Part shown: one piece after another, positions 38,431 through 51,613 of the stretch
Position numbering within the stretch: the first letter of the stretch is position 1
Layout: each line of letters begins with the position of its first letter
Source: Octopus vulgaris
Lineage: Eukaryota
Assembly: GCA_951406725.2 (NCBI GenBank)
Contig: OX597818.1
Span: 48,856,001-48,920,000 of the forward strand
Direction of reading: 5' to 3'
Length of the DNA: 64,000 bases
Translations under genes and position numbers: made by a program
Notes under the pieces: generated by a model
Told to the model about the DNA's origin: nothing
Databases searched by the model: none
The model's input: only the letters and a program-made list of their open reading frames with translations

Positions 38431-39770
38431 CAAAGAATATTGGAATCAACATAATTTGGCTGATGCTGGATTAAATTTACACTTTAGAGAACTGTTTTTT
38501 TATTGATATGTCTGTAGAAGTAGTGTTGCAAATATTTGGGCAACTTTTTCATTTCCAGAAGAATTATAAAGAGAGATGTTTAAAAAATGCTATGTTACAG
38601 TGTAAAATGCCCATGTTACAGTGATAAAAATTAGTTTTGTGATTGAATCGTGAAGTTGAAATCTTCAATAATAAAAGAATCTTCAAAATTACATTTGTAT
38701 GAAAATATATTATAATCAGAATTTATGAACATTTTCTAGACAGTGTACACTTTAATAATTGCTTTCTTTTGATAAAGTTACATACTCTAAACTAATTAAT
38801 AATCAGCTTTCATATAGCATATACGTGTGGCATGTAAAAAGCACCCACTACATTCTTGGAGTGGTTAGCGTTAGGAAGGGCATCCATCTGTAGAAACTTT
38901 GCCACTTCAGATTGGAGCCTGGTACAGCCTTCTGGCTTGCTAGTCCTCAGTCAAACTGTCCATCCCATGCCAGCATGGAAAGCAGGCATTAAAAGACGAC
39001 GACGATGATGATGATGAGAGGTTTTCGTTGTCAAGTATTTAAAGAAGTTTTATTTCTATTTATTCATTATTGTTGAAAGCAAGTGCCATTGAAAAGGAAG
39101 ATTTTTTTGTTTATTGTTCTACAAATTATTCTATCATAATGAGGAATCATATAAACTAAGATAGGACTACCAGTGATTAGAAATCAGATTTAAAGATACG
39201 TACAGAAATGTCTAACTTCTGAAATTTGTTAAGTATAAGATTATCATGATCAACACACTTTTCCTACTTGGCACACGTGTAAACATTGAAAAACATTATA
39301 GTATTACCATAAAGACGTCCTTATCAGAAGGACTCTGAAGAAATGGATTATCTCTAAGTAAACTACTAATTCCACCACTGGGTGCAGACATAGCTTTGTA
39401 GGTTAAGAAATTTCATGATTGCATGGTTTTGAGTTTGTTTGATAGAACTGTGGGCTACATATCTACTACCACAACCTTATGTTGACCCAAGCCTTGTGAG
39501 TGAAATCAAAACAAGAGAAACTATAGATGTATACCATCAGAATTGTCCCTGATGAGTCCATAGTTTGTTCTCTTGATTTAAGGCTTTTACATCATGAAAA
39601 GGATTCATTTTAAAATGTTCAAAAATCCAAGGTCCTCTGTCTGTCAAGGTTTACCATATTATATGCAACTGTGCATGCAGGGGTTGGCAAGGTTTTTCTT
39701 TTTTTGTGGAATCCTAGTGGTTGCTCCAAAATGCAAGTCTCCGTTCTCAACACTAATGGTATCATTCAAG

Positions 39771-39999
39771 GCGGCGAGCTGGCAAAACATTAGCATGCCG
39801 GGCGAAATGCTTTGTGGTATTTCGTCCGCCACTACATTCTGAGTTCAAATCCCGCCGAGGTCGACTTTGCCTTTCATCCTTTCGGGGTCGATTAAATAAG
39901 TACCGGTTACGCACTGGGGTCGATGTAATCGACTTAATCCGTTTGTCTGTCCTTGTTTGTCCTCTCTGTGTTTAGCCCTTTGTGGGTAGTAAAGAAATA
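39771..39999 (+). mobile_element. SINE family B monomer with 13-bp TSD
   Basis: GGTATCATTCAAG at 39758-39770 and 40000-40012. Confidence 0.9.
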
Positions 40000-40714
40000 G
40001 GTATCATTCAAGAGAAAGACCACAATTTTAGAGCCTCTAATAGCTAACAAATGAAAATAACAGGTATTTTTCTCTGCATGCAGAGAACACACAATTAAAA
40101 TGTTGACTCTGTAAGTTGCATAACAAGTTAACTGTCTGTGATGGCAGTAACTTTGAATAAGAACTGATATAGAGTAGAGAAAATAAACTCGGTTCACTCT
40201 GTAAATAGGAAGGGCGTCTAGCTGTAGAAACCATGTCAAAGAAATTTAGCACATGTAAAAGATGTGGACTCTGCAAGCTGTATTGCTAGTTTGGAGAGCA
40301 GTAATTCTAAATAAGAACTGATGCAGAGTAATAAAGTGGGTGCTCTTAAGTCTGGCTCACATAGGACAACCTTTCCATATCAGTCATTATCAGCATAGAA
40401 AAAAAAAAACAAAAAAAAAAGTAAAATGATGAAGAGGTTGTATTTAGAAAAAATAATTAAATATGCTGAGTCCTATTCATTTGCATTTAATATCACTGTG
40501 AAATTAGCCCATGTGTACCATTAATGTGAATGTGCCTGGCTTAGTTTTGTTTGCATTTTCAATAAGTAACACTTTGCTACCTTATCTCAACACCTTGGGA
40601 GTAGTGTGGTGAGTTAAGCTTAATACGTTGCTAAACAACATTGAAACTTGTCAGTTCAATCTTTATTCCAAACTGTATATGTAGTAATATTACATATATA
40701 AGAATATGACTGTA

Positions 40715-41262
40715 TCATCATCATCATCGTTTAACGTCCGCTTTCCATGCTAGCATGGGTTGGACGATTTTGACTGAGGGCTGGCGAACCAGATGACTGC
40801 ACCAGGCTCCAATCTTGATTTCGCAGGGTTTCTACTGCTGGATGCCCTTCCTAACGCCAACCACTCCGACAGTATAGTGGGTGCTTTTTACGTGCCACCG
40901 GCATGGGGGCCAGTCAGGCGGTACTGGCAACAACCTCCTTCGAATCTTTTTACACATGCCACCAGCACAGGTGCCAGTAAAGCGACGTTGGTTACAATCA
41001 CGCTCGAATGGTGCCCTTTTACGTGCCACCGGCACGGAAGCCAGTTGGCTCCTCTGGCAACGATCACGCTCGGATTGTGTTCTTAGCACCATACTAGCAT
41101 GGACACAAGTGCCAGTAAGGCAATACTGGTAACGATCACACTCGAATGGCGCCTTTTATGTGCCACTGGCACAAAAGCCGGTTAACCGCTCTGTCAACGA
41201 TCACACTCGTATGGTGCTCTTAGTACCCCTCTAGTACGGATGCCAGTCATCGAATGTGATTT
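40715..41262 (-). mobile_element. Family E element with long tandem array
   Basis: Reverse complement of the 29999-30537 type. Confidence 0.9.
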
Positions 41263-42841
41263 TGTATATTCATATTTATTCATAAATCACAATGTATTGG
41301 TTCTTTATTAATTATGGAATAATCAGGCTGATAGTCTTTTTTTTTTTGTTTAAATTATCAGCTTGATGTTAATTCTGTGAATCTGTTTTGCATTACTCAT
41401 AATTGTGGTCACTAATATCTGAAAAAAATGACATTTGTGAAGATGAATATATTTGTTTCTTTTTATTAGGCTATCAGCATCTTACCCAGTGTATGACATG
41501 TTGACTGCAGCTGGGATGCATATTTAACTTTCAAATAATTTCTTAGGAAAGGAAAAACAAAAAGAATGGAAAATAAAATTTACATTTTGCTAAGTAATTA
41601 TTGATAACATTTTTTTAACCTTCTAGCTTCAGTAATTTCTTAGATACATGACTGGTCACTCAAGCAACCAATCAAGCAAACGGACATGACAAAAACAGTA
41701 GCATCTAATTTTTTTTATAGTCAAATATGTTTAGATGGAGTGAATGATGGCAGTGATGCACAATGATATTCAAATAAATCTCCATCTCTGCATAAAAATA
41801 ATAACTTTTTAATTTAATTAAAATAAATCATGTATTAGTCCATCACATGTAAAATAAATTGAAATGTTTGCAATTTCATTTTATTTAATGAAATTTTCAC
41901 TGAAAAAGAAATTTTTCTGGAAGAAATTATCGTGTTTACTTTTATTCCCTCTCCAAATATGTAACCGATTTAGTAACATTATTGTATAAAAACCTTGTGG
42001 CTGCTATGAAGAATAGAATACCACAAGCTTTTATTGATTTCTAGATATGAGAAGCACATAGAGTATTTTATTTTCACTTCTGTTAAATGTATGCTATCAA
42101 AAGTTTGAAAGGAGATAAAAATACTTAAAACTGCCAAGATAATATTTCATCTAAATTCAGATTCAGTAAAACAAGAGTTAGTGAAACAGGTCATTAAATT
42201 TATAAGTATATCTTACTTGTTTTAAAATCCTTTGAAAAATTTTTCTTGTTTTATTGCTTGCATTCAGAAACATTGTAATTAAAAAGTAATGCTCCAGAAT
42301 TGAGGACAGCATTTATTGAATAAATTTACAATTACTGTAAATTGATAACATCAATGATACACATAATAATATGTGTCCCATTGTGTTATTTTATGCATAG
42401 TGTTTCCAGGCAGTTTCTTTGTCTAACTTCTTCGCTATGTATATATATATATTCAATAATTATGTAAAATATAATATCTGAAAGCATATAATGATATTGT
42501 TATTATCATTATTACCATTGTTGTTGATGATAATAATACTAATCCTAGGCACAAGGTCTGAAATTTAGGGGAAAGGAATAATCGATTATATCAACCCCAG
42601 TGTTTCACCGGTACTTAATTTATCAATCCTGAAAAAATTAATGGCAATGTCAACGTCAGCTGAATTTGAACTCAGAACATAGTGACGGGTGAGATATGTT
42701 AAGCATTTCATCCAGCTTGCTAATGATTCTGCCAGCTTGCCACCTTAATAATAATAACAATCCTGTTATGTATTTAAGAGATGAGGAATTATGTACATTA
42801 TTTAAAATTGACAGGTATTTGTTCTCATCTTGTTTTCAGTT

Positions 42842-42887
42842 GACACAACGTTTCAGCTGATATACCCTCCAGCCTTCATCAGGTGTC
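42842..42887 (-). ncRNA. Minimal type I hammerhead ribozyme, intact core
   Basis: GACAC-CTGATGA-aGGCTG-gagggtatat-CAGCT-GAAA-CG-TT-GTGTC; helix I is perfect and helix III is the palindrome AACGTT. Confidence 0.8.
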
Positions 42888-43101
42888 TTGGGGAAATTTC
42901 AAACCTGAGTTCTCATTCCTAAGGTATTTTTCATTGTTATTGTTGTTCTGGTCACTGCCTGGAATTGAACTCGGAATCTTGGGGTTAGCCCACGCTCTTA
43001 ACCACTACGCCATATGCCCATAGTGGTTAATAACAATAACAATAACAACAACATCGAAAAATACCTTAGGAATGAGAACCCAGGTTCAAAATTTCCCCCA
43101 A

Positions 43102-43147
43102 GACACCTGATGAAGGCTGGAGAGTATATCAGCTGAAACGTTGTGTT
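43102..43147 (+). ncRNA. Minimal type I hammerhead ribozyme, intact core
   Basis: GACAC-CTGATGA(43107-43113)-aGGCTG..CAGCT-GAAA(43135-43138)-CG-TT-GTGTT. Confidence 0.8.
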
Positions 43148-43207
43148 AACAACAAACAAGATGAGAACAATCATCCGTCAAATGTAAATAATGTAAATAA
43201 CAATCCT

Positions 43208-43418
43208 TTCTACTATAGGCACATGGCCTGGAATTTGTGGGGAGTGGGATAGTTGTTTACATTGACCCCAGTACTCGGCTAGTTATTAATTTATCAACCC
43301 TGAAAGGATGAAAGTCAAAGTTGATCTTGGTGGAATTTGAACTCAGAATGTAATGGCAGACGAAATACCGCTAAACATTTCACCCAGCTTGCTAATAATT
43401 CTGTCAGCTCACCGCCTT
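43208..43418 (-). mobile_element. SINE family B (further copies at 42545-42747 and ~44500-44690)
   Basis: Core GAAAGGATGAAAG and head on the minus strand. Confidence 0.8.
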
Positions 43419-43436
43419 AAATAATAATAATAATAA

Positions 43437-44775
43437 TCTATATATATATAAAAGTCTGGTTGTCTGTGGTTTGTGTGTGTAAACCTACATAACTTATGAA
43501 GTTCACATCTGATTTTCTCCAAATTGGGAACATACATCACTTATGTTCCAGAGATGGTTTTAGACTCTTAAAATTTTTCACATAATGAGTAACGGGCCTC
43601 TGGGAGCACAACATTTCCTTCCCTGGGTTACATGGAGAAGAGAGGTAACTCTTTATGAAGTAACTTTCAGAAATTGATTGTCTTCCTTACATTCAGCGTG
43701 ATTAATCTGCTGAACGTTTTTCATCTTTTTAAAATATTGATATTAATTAGTGTTCTTTATTGACATTTGATTTTTAACATAACAGTGCCATCTCACTTCC
43801 TTGTGTCTGTTTCTTAAAACTTGCTAAGATATTGATATTATTTACCTTATTTTATTGACATTTCATTATTCATGTACAATTGTCATCTTATTTTATTACA
43901 TCATATATCTTGATATAATATCTCCAAAAAGGAGATCCTCCATTGGTCAAAAAATGATCACAATCTCAGTTGGCTGTGTGAAATAGCAATACTGGCTCCA
44001 AAAAACAGCACTGTAAGTAAAACTAATGAGCAGCTGCTGCAGTACCTTTCTGAAGTCCTCACACCTGTATGTCAGTTGATACAATTCCAGATCCAGAAGA
44101 GGTGGTAAATTACCCAACAAAATTTCTCAGTTCGTCGGAGCCTCCAGGACTACCTCCCCACAGTGGAAACTGCAGTAATGTTACTGAGGAATTTGGATCC
44201 ACCAACACTCTGAAATGGTACACACCTGGTGGTAAAGAAGTCAATGCCACATGTTATTGAGGTCACCATTCTCTCTGGATGTGAAAAAGGAGAGGATGTT
44301 TTCATATCCTGGATTCCTCTCAATCCATTGGGAGCAGAAATTCCTTTTTCATTCAGAAAAGTGCAATTTCCTATTCGTATCAGCTTTGCAATGTCTATCA
44401 GTAAGTTTCAAACTCTGGGGTAAAATATACTGGGCTGCGTATATTTTACCCCAGTGTCACTTTGATGGCATGCACTGTTCTCTCACTCAATAATAATAAC
44501 AATGGTTTTAAATTTTGGCACAAGGCTAGGGGTTGGTTATGTTAATTCTAGTGCTCTATTGGTGTTTATTTTGTCGATCCCAAAAGGATGAAAGGTAAAG
44601 TTGACCTTGGTGGAATTTGAACTCATATAGAGATGGACGAAGCGTTACTAAGCACTTTGTCTGGCATGCTGATGATTCTCCCAACCTTAATAATAATGAT
44701 AATAATAATACAGGTAGAAATATGAAGATAAAATTTTTTATAATTTCTCCTTGAAGCAAACTACCGCATTACTAG
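43437..44775 (+). mobile_element. Internally deleted Helitron carrying a PIF1-helicase fragment
   Basis: A|TCTATATATATATAAAAG 5' end and a candidate CTAG|T at 44772-44775. The 3' boundary is uncertain. Confidence 0.6.
43960..44423 (+). pseudogene. Helitron RepHel PIF1 helicase C-terminal remnant
   Basis: VNYPTKFLSSSEPPGLPPH and GTHLVVKK..HVIEVTILSG..GEDVFISWIPL..FSFRKVQFPIRISFAMSISK, frameshifted. Confidence 0.9.
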
Positions 44776-45289
44776 TTGCTACAAAAACACATATATTCAA
44801 ATTAAGTGAATGTAAGCCTGTCAGCATCATTCCAAATTAACTAATCAAAGTAATTACTCTGCTGTCTTTCTTTTGTTTCATAATAATTAAATTAGTGCTG
44901 TGGAAGAAGAACAGATGTTGAGATGTATCTAAAAAAAATTTTTTTTTTAATTGTATATTTAGCCTAGAAACCAGGAGGTAATATCTATGATAACTTTTCA
45001 GCCCCTCCCAGATTGGTTGAGGTCAATGTGCTTGATATTCAGCCTCAGTGTTTACAGATTGATGATGTTTGTAGGTAATAAGTGGATGCGGAGAAAGTCT
45101 CACAAGATTACAGTTCTAGGAATAAAAGTTTTAGTTAAATGTTTAAGTGTTGTGGAATGAGGGTATAAGAGGGGTAGGGGTGGTGGGGTGGCGTTTGAAA
45201 AGTTCATATAGTGACTATGAAGGAGTGAAGTTTTGTTTCTTTCCAACAAAAATGACTTTGAAAGTAACTTAGTAGTGACTTTTCCTGAA

Positions 45290-46020
45290 AATGGACAAAA
45301 TCTGGCATTGTGGTTATTATTAAATGTCTGCAGAAAAAGGGTTTAGTTCCCTCCAAGGATATTCAGGCTGACATGGTTGCTACATTAGGGGGATGACACT
45401 CCTGCTTCATCAACAGTGCAAAAGTGGGCTGCTGAATTCAGGAGGGGAAGAGAGAGTCTTGACGATGACCCAAGGTCTGGACATCCTGCAACTACCACCA
45501 CCGATGAAAACATTGATCATGTTCATCGTATGGTGATGGATGGCAGGTGATTGACTACAAATCAGCCAATGCTAGTAGCATATCCCGTGAGAGAGTTAAG
45601 AATATTCTGCACAATGAACTTAGCGTGATGAAAGTTTCTGCCTGGCGGGTGTCACGTTTTCTGACACCTGATCCAAAGTGCACTCGGCTGGTTACATCAC
45701 AGGAAAATCTGACATTGTTTGAAACAGAGCCTCCTGATTTCCTTGAATGATTCTTAACCCAGGTGAATATTTGGTTGATGATTTTTGATTACAAAGAAAC
45801 AATTCGTGCATTGAAAACACTCCTCCTTACTTGCTCAAAAGAAGGCCAAGGTCATTTCATTTGCAGGGAAGGTGATAGTCTCAGTTTTTTGGGGATGCAA
45901 AAAGCATTGTGTTTATTGACTATCTTCAAAAGGGCCACACTGTCAATTTAAGAGTACTTTACAAACTTACTGAGGGAGTTACAAAAGGCTTTCATGGACC
46001 AAACATACAAGAAAACTGAC
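45290..46020 (+). pseudogene. mariner transposase remnant
   Basis: STVQKWAAEFRRGRESLDDDPRSGHP and ILHNELSVMKVSAWRVSRFLT (WVPR-like motif), with many frameshifts. Confidence 0.85.
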
Positions 46021-48084
46021 ACTCACTTTCCATCTATCAACTTCACTCACAAGACATTGGTTGGCCTGGGTTTATATCCCAAAGCACCACACAGTGGAAT
46101 TGTACCTGAACCTATATGGTTGCAAAGTGAATATTTTAATCACACAAGCATACCTGGGCTTCTGTAGTTGGATAGCTTTTATTTTTAATGTAGTCTAGAA
46201 TGTTAGTGTAGCAGCTGTTCTGTATCATATTTATGACCTGTACTTTAGTGGGTGGTCTTATATAATATCAGCAGTTATCCAGAAGTGAGATTGTTTATAG
46301 CCTCTTAGCCTTTCAGATTCAGTTTAGGCAATGTGAAAAATATTTAGTTGCCATGTAAAGTGTAATATTTGTCAAGTTTTAGTTGAGTTGTTTTTAAATA
46401 GAAACAGTGCTAGGTCATGTGTTTTGATCGTACAGAAATACACATGAAGGAACTGTGTTTTGGTCTTGTTAAAAGAGACTAGGTTGTGTTGTTTCCATTG
46501 GGAGATTCTGTCAAGTTCTTTGCCCATGGAGTTAATGCATTTCTGGTGTGAGCTGTCTAGGTCATGTGAGATTGATGCTTGTGTCTGAAAGGTTACTGAA
46601 GAGTTATTTTCCTAGCTGTAATACTAAGTAGGTTGTTGTTGTGGGGAAGTATGTGAAAAATATTGAAGCACACCACCACCACCATCATCGTCATTTAACT
46701 ATTGATTTCCATGCTGACATAGATTAGATGGTTTGATAAAATCTGACAAGTTAAAGGTCTGCAATATGTTCCAATGTCTGCTTTGGCATGATTTTGTCAC
46801 CTGTGTGCCCTTCCTGATGCCAACCTCTTCAGAGTGTACAGAGAGCCTTTTTGTGACACAGCACTTGTAAAAATTTTTTTTTTTTTTACAAATTTGTAGG
46901 TACAGCAAATGTAGTAAAGGAAAGAATGGTTTGAGAAAATCTGTGTAAAAATGTAAAAGCTGATGATAGTTGGGAAACCTCTTCTACCAGTGTCCTCAGA
47001 TAACCCCGGAGAACACATATTTTATTGAATGATATCTGACACTTGATTCTAAGTAATTTTGGTGTGCTGGATACAAATTTTGACTTTGTTTGGCTCTATC
47101 AGGTCTTGATTCTTATCAACAGCCTATGTGCCATTTTCCAGAGTTTTCAGATTAGAACTAAAAAATTACAAAATGTTCAAATTCATTTTCAATTTTCATG
47201 AATACAAGCAGTTCAAACTTCAGTAAAATTACATTATAATGATAGAAATGACTTAAAATACAAAAAATAAAGAAAAACAAAGCCTTCACTTTGGCAAAAA
47301 TTTTCTTTTATAAGACTTTCTAGTGTATTTGCTTGTTGATGGAAGGTCTCTTTTCAAGCACCAACAACAATTAACCATCATTTGGGAATCCCGGTATTCT
47401 TGGTACTGTTCCTCTATAATTTTGACATCTTGGTGGAATCTCCTGCTTGTTTGTCATTTACACCACCTAAATTACTTGGAAATTGGTCAAGATGACTATT
47501 TATAAAATGCATTTTTACGCTCATATTGCAACCTATGTAGTCCCTTAGAAATTGTTTTTTCACATTTTCTTTGTAGTTATCTGCCCTATAATTGCCTAAA
47601 AACTTTTCTATGAAGTCCATGAATGAGAACCAGGCATTTTTTCGTGTTCATCCATGACATTGGGAAAATTGCAATCTTTAATTAATGTTCTTGTTTGTGG
47701 ATTGTTGAAAATTCCCACCTTGACTTTTTTCCATTACTTTTGAAGTTATGTATTTGAAACACTTGCTATTCGTATCTAAAACTTCTACATATTGTTTAAT
47801 GAGGCCTAGTTTGATATGCAGAGGAAAGGATATGATTTTATCTCTGAACACTAAAGGTGGATTAGTTACATTTTTTTCTCCGACAATAAGTGATGTTCAT
47901 GCTGGCCATTTGTTTGAAACAATGTTCTTCCTTGGCTCTGCTTCTCCCATAAGCAAAGGAAGCAGGGATATTTAGTATACCCTACTTGTGGTCCTAGCAG
48001 AAATTTAACCATTTTAAAGTCAACTCATATGATCCACTCATGTTCCCTATATTTGATAAGATTTAAAACTTTTTCTATATTCTT

Positions 48085-48446
48085 TCTTTTACTTGTTTCA
48101 GTCATTTGGCTGTGACCATGCTGGAGCACCACCTTTAATCGAGCAAATTGACCCCAGGACTTATTCTTTGTAAGCCTAGTACTTATTCTATCGGTCTCTT
48201 TTGCTGAACCGCTAAGTTACGGGGATCATAAACACACCAGCATCGGTTGTCAAGCGATGTTGGGGGGACAGACAGACACACAAACACACACACACATGAC
48301 AGGCTTTTTTCAGTTTCCGTCTACCAAATCCACTCACAAGGCTTTGGTTGGCCCGAGGCTATAATAGAAGACACTTGCCCAAGGTGCTGAACATGGAACT
48401 GTGAGGTTGGTAAGCAAGCTACTTACCACACAGCTACTCCTGCACC
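48085..48446 (-). mobile_element. SINE family A nested in the Chapaev3-like element
   Basis: Colinear similarity. Confidence 0.85.
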
Positions 48447-48668
48447 TATTAAAATTACTATCTGTAAATCTCACAATGAGAGATATTTAGCAACAGTACT
48501 TCAGAGTAAAGATTATTTGCCAACATAACATGGCAGTCCTGGTTTAGGACGAATGTTGCTGTAATTTAGCCCCAGGAGACATCATCTCCAGCTGGCTATA
48601 CAATACGATCTGTGTCCTTATATTTTCCAACAACGGAATCTAGCACCCCTACTCAGCTCAAAACAATA

Positions 48669-48713
48669 TCTGTGTATTGTGATTTCCGGGTTATTTTCCT
48701 TCATCAGCACAGA
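48669..48713 (-). ncRNA. Minimal type I hammerhead motif (helix III decayed)
   Basis: TCTGTG-CTGATGA-aggaaaataacccg-GAAA-tcacaa-TA-CACAGA with a perfect 6-bp helix I. Confidence 0.65.
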
Positions 48714-50042
48714 ATTATTGTTCAGCTAGAGGTTCATACTTTTCTTTTAATTTTCTTGAGTGCCCAATCAGTATTGAGCTGTATAGATTGCCATTATGCA
48801 ACAACACTTACTTTTTTTTTGAACTGTATAAAAACAAACGCCAATCATTTGCATCATAAGACTCAATCCCCATCTCCAATAACAAACCAGGTATGATGCA
48901 GCTATATACTAAACTATCCTCTGTTCTTAAATATTTAAGAAGTTGTTCTCTTTTTTTGTAAAATATAATGTATGTGTTTGAAGTAAGCAAGTTTTTCTAT
49001 CTAAGTTTTGAAGCTACAATTTCCACAGCTTTTTTGGGCAAATTTAGATCCCTTACAAGATCATTCATCTTGTCCTGGTTAAACTTTTGCAAATCATTTG
49101 ACTTCCAAATAAGCTAGGGTCAAAATAAATATCAGACCCATCAGAGTCTGAACCTCTTCAACTGGTTCTTGAAGTGGTAGACCCTTAAATATTGGAATGG
49201 GGATTTCATTTGAATGTAGCACAGGTCGTATCACAGTATCGAAATTTGGGTACTTGATACAATGTTTATTTTTCTTAGTGTTGCCTGAACTCTAGACAGC
49301 AAAAGTAGCAATTGGTCTCATGGCTAGTAGGCTTTTACCACACCTGTATGGAAAAAAAAATTGTGTCAAGAGGTAATTTTTGACATAATGGAATTAAGTT
49401 AAATTCGGCTGAACCATTCTTCTCTGACATCCATTCAATTAAATTCACCTTCCTTATTTCTATTCAAAGTCAGTCAAATGTACATGTGTATATGGGTAGG
49501 CATGCACAGAGCAGAATGTGTGCCTTTTTGTCGGCATTTGAAAAAGCTTTAACAAAAGCTATTGAGAGACTTGCTTTTATGAATTTCATCAAAAGTTATA
49601 ACCCAAAATCAGGACCTGATAGAGCAAAATAAAATAAAAATTTGTACTCGGCAAACTCAAATTACCAAGGACTAACTGTCAAATCTTATTCAATAGACAA
49701 AAAATTGAAATTTGCCCCTAGTCTAATCAGAAATACTTTCAATGGATGCTGCAGTTGTAGGCAGTATGTCAAGAGATGGTGTTAGCATCAAACAGGTGGC
49801 TTGATGTGAGTGTTTGCAAAAGAGGACACACTAGTAAAAGCTTAGTATATTAAACTGATCCAGATCAGGTGTCTTTTCCTAAGTACTAGAGAGATTGTTT
49901 TACTGGCTTGTTCTATATAAGCCTCATTTCTTAGTGACTAAGATCTCAGATGAAATATCTTTGTTTTGGTTGTAGAAATGATATCTTTTCTTGTTTGGGG
50001 TTCAGTGTAGAAGAAAAGATATGCTAACATTATTACACAATG

Positions 50043-50429
50043 TTACCAGCGTCGCCTTACTGGCACTTGTACCCGTGCTAGTAGGGTGCCAAGAGAACCA
50101 TCCGAGCATGGTGCCAAGAGAACCACCAGAGCAGCCAACTGGCTTCCATGCCTGTGGCATGTAAAAGGGCACCATTCGAGCGTGATCATTACCAACATCG
50201 CCTTACTGGCACCTGTAAAAGGATTTGAGCGAGGTCGTTGCCAGTACTTGCACATAAAAAGCACCCGCTACACTCTCGGAGTGGTTGGCGTTAGGAAGGG
50301 CATCCGGCTGTAGAAACTCTGCCAGATCAAGATTGGAGCCTGGTGCAGCCATCTGGTTCGCCAGCCTTCAGTCGAAATCGTCCAACCCATGCTAGCATGG
50401 AAAGCGGACGTTAAACGATGACGATGATG
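50043..50429 (+). mobile_element. Family E element
   Basis: Tandem units and (GAT)n tail. Confidence 0.85.
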
Positions 50430-51055
50430 TAATATGATCAGCAAGAATGTTTAAGAAAGTTTCATCTTAAATTTGTTTTAATTTGCTACTGTCATTGAGA
50501 ATCTCATTCACTGAGAACATATATCATTCATTCTCCTTTTCTATAAATTTAACAACTTGAGAAGATATCATAAACCAATCCATATCAAATCGCCACAACA
50601 ATCTGTCAGTTAAGTTTATGTAACTCTAGAAATCCATAAACGCTGTAAAAAACAACAACATTATTTTGCGCTTCATTATTATGGAGATGATAGCCCTCGT
50701 TAGTTTATAATCGTTAAACCCATTACAAAGTCTATTGATGTTTTTACACTAAATCACCATCGTTTAATGTCTGTTTTCTATGTTGGCATGGGATGCGCAG
50801 TTAAACAGGAGTTAGTAAGCTGAAGAGCTGCACCAGGCTCCAATTGTCTATTTTATCATGGTTTCTACAACTGGATGTGTGCTGGGTTCTTTTTATGTGG
50901 CACCAACACCATTGCTTTATTTATGGCACCAGCTTTGGTGCTTTTTACATGACTCCAACATGATTGCTTTTTTATGCAACACTAGCACTGATGCTTTTCA
51001 TGTGGCACTAGAGACAATAATTTTTATGAAATACATAAAGAATAACAGTTTTGTA

Positions 51056-51229
51056 GGCGCGGGAGTGGCTGTGTGGTAAGTAGCTTGCTTACCAACCACA
51101 TGGTTCCGGGTTCATTCCCACTGTGTGGCACTTTGGGCTAGTGTCTTCTACTATAACCTCGAGCCAACCAAAGCCTTGTGAGTGGATTTTGGTTGATGGA
51201 AACTGAAAGAAGCCCATCGTATATATGTA

Positions 51230-51260
<31 letters not shown>

Positions 51261-51473
51261 TGTGTGTGTGTCTGTGTTTGCCCCCCTCAACATCGCTTGA
51301 CAACCGATGCTGGTGTGTTTACGTACCCGTAACTTAGCAGTTCGGTAAAAGATACCAATAGAATAAGTACTAGGCTTACAAAGAATAAGTCCTGGGGTCG
51401 ATTTGCTCGACTTAAGGCGGTGCTCCAGCATGGCCGCAGTCAAATGACTGAAACAAGTAAAAGAGTAAAGAGT
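51056..51473 (+). mobile_element. SINE family A, full length
   Basis: Colinear with 2205-2594. Confidence 0.9.
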
Positions 51474-51613
51474 GTTACTTAAAATTCTATAAAAAATTAT
51501 TTCAATCTTTAAAACAGAAAAGTACTTATATACTTGAAGAGATCAACCCTTTATTCTGTCTAATGTATAACTGGTAGCCTGATAGATTGACCCAGTCATC
51601 TTATAACAGGCAG

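Larger units (their letters stand above)
42765..43195. mobile_element. tRNA-headed, hammerhead-containing SINE present as a head-to-head inverted dimer
   Basis: Minus copy has a tRNA-like head at 43019-42950 (A-box TGGCGTAGTGG, B-box GAGTTCAATTCC), an (AAC)n linker, a body and a hammerhead. The plus copy is 43020-43195. TSD AATAACAATCCT lies at 42753-42764 and 43196-43207. Confidence 0.85.
47005..49722 (-). mobile_element. Chapaev3-like (CMC) DNA transposon, decayed, with nested insertions
   Basis: WRLFLYSSKK and FLGNYRADNY..GCNMSVKMHFINSHLDQFPSNLG motifs. Imperfect ~100-bp subterminal inverted repeats at 47015-47112 and 49606-49712. Confidence 0.7.

Noticed and set aside
39549-39560. CTGATGAGTCC, a canonical hammerhead 5' start
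   Set aside because: There is no complementary helix II strand or correctly placed GAAA/UH downstream.
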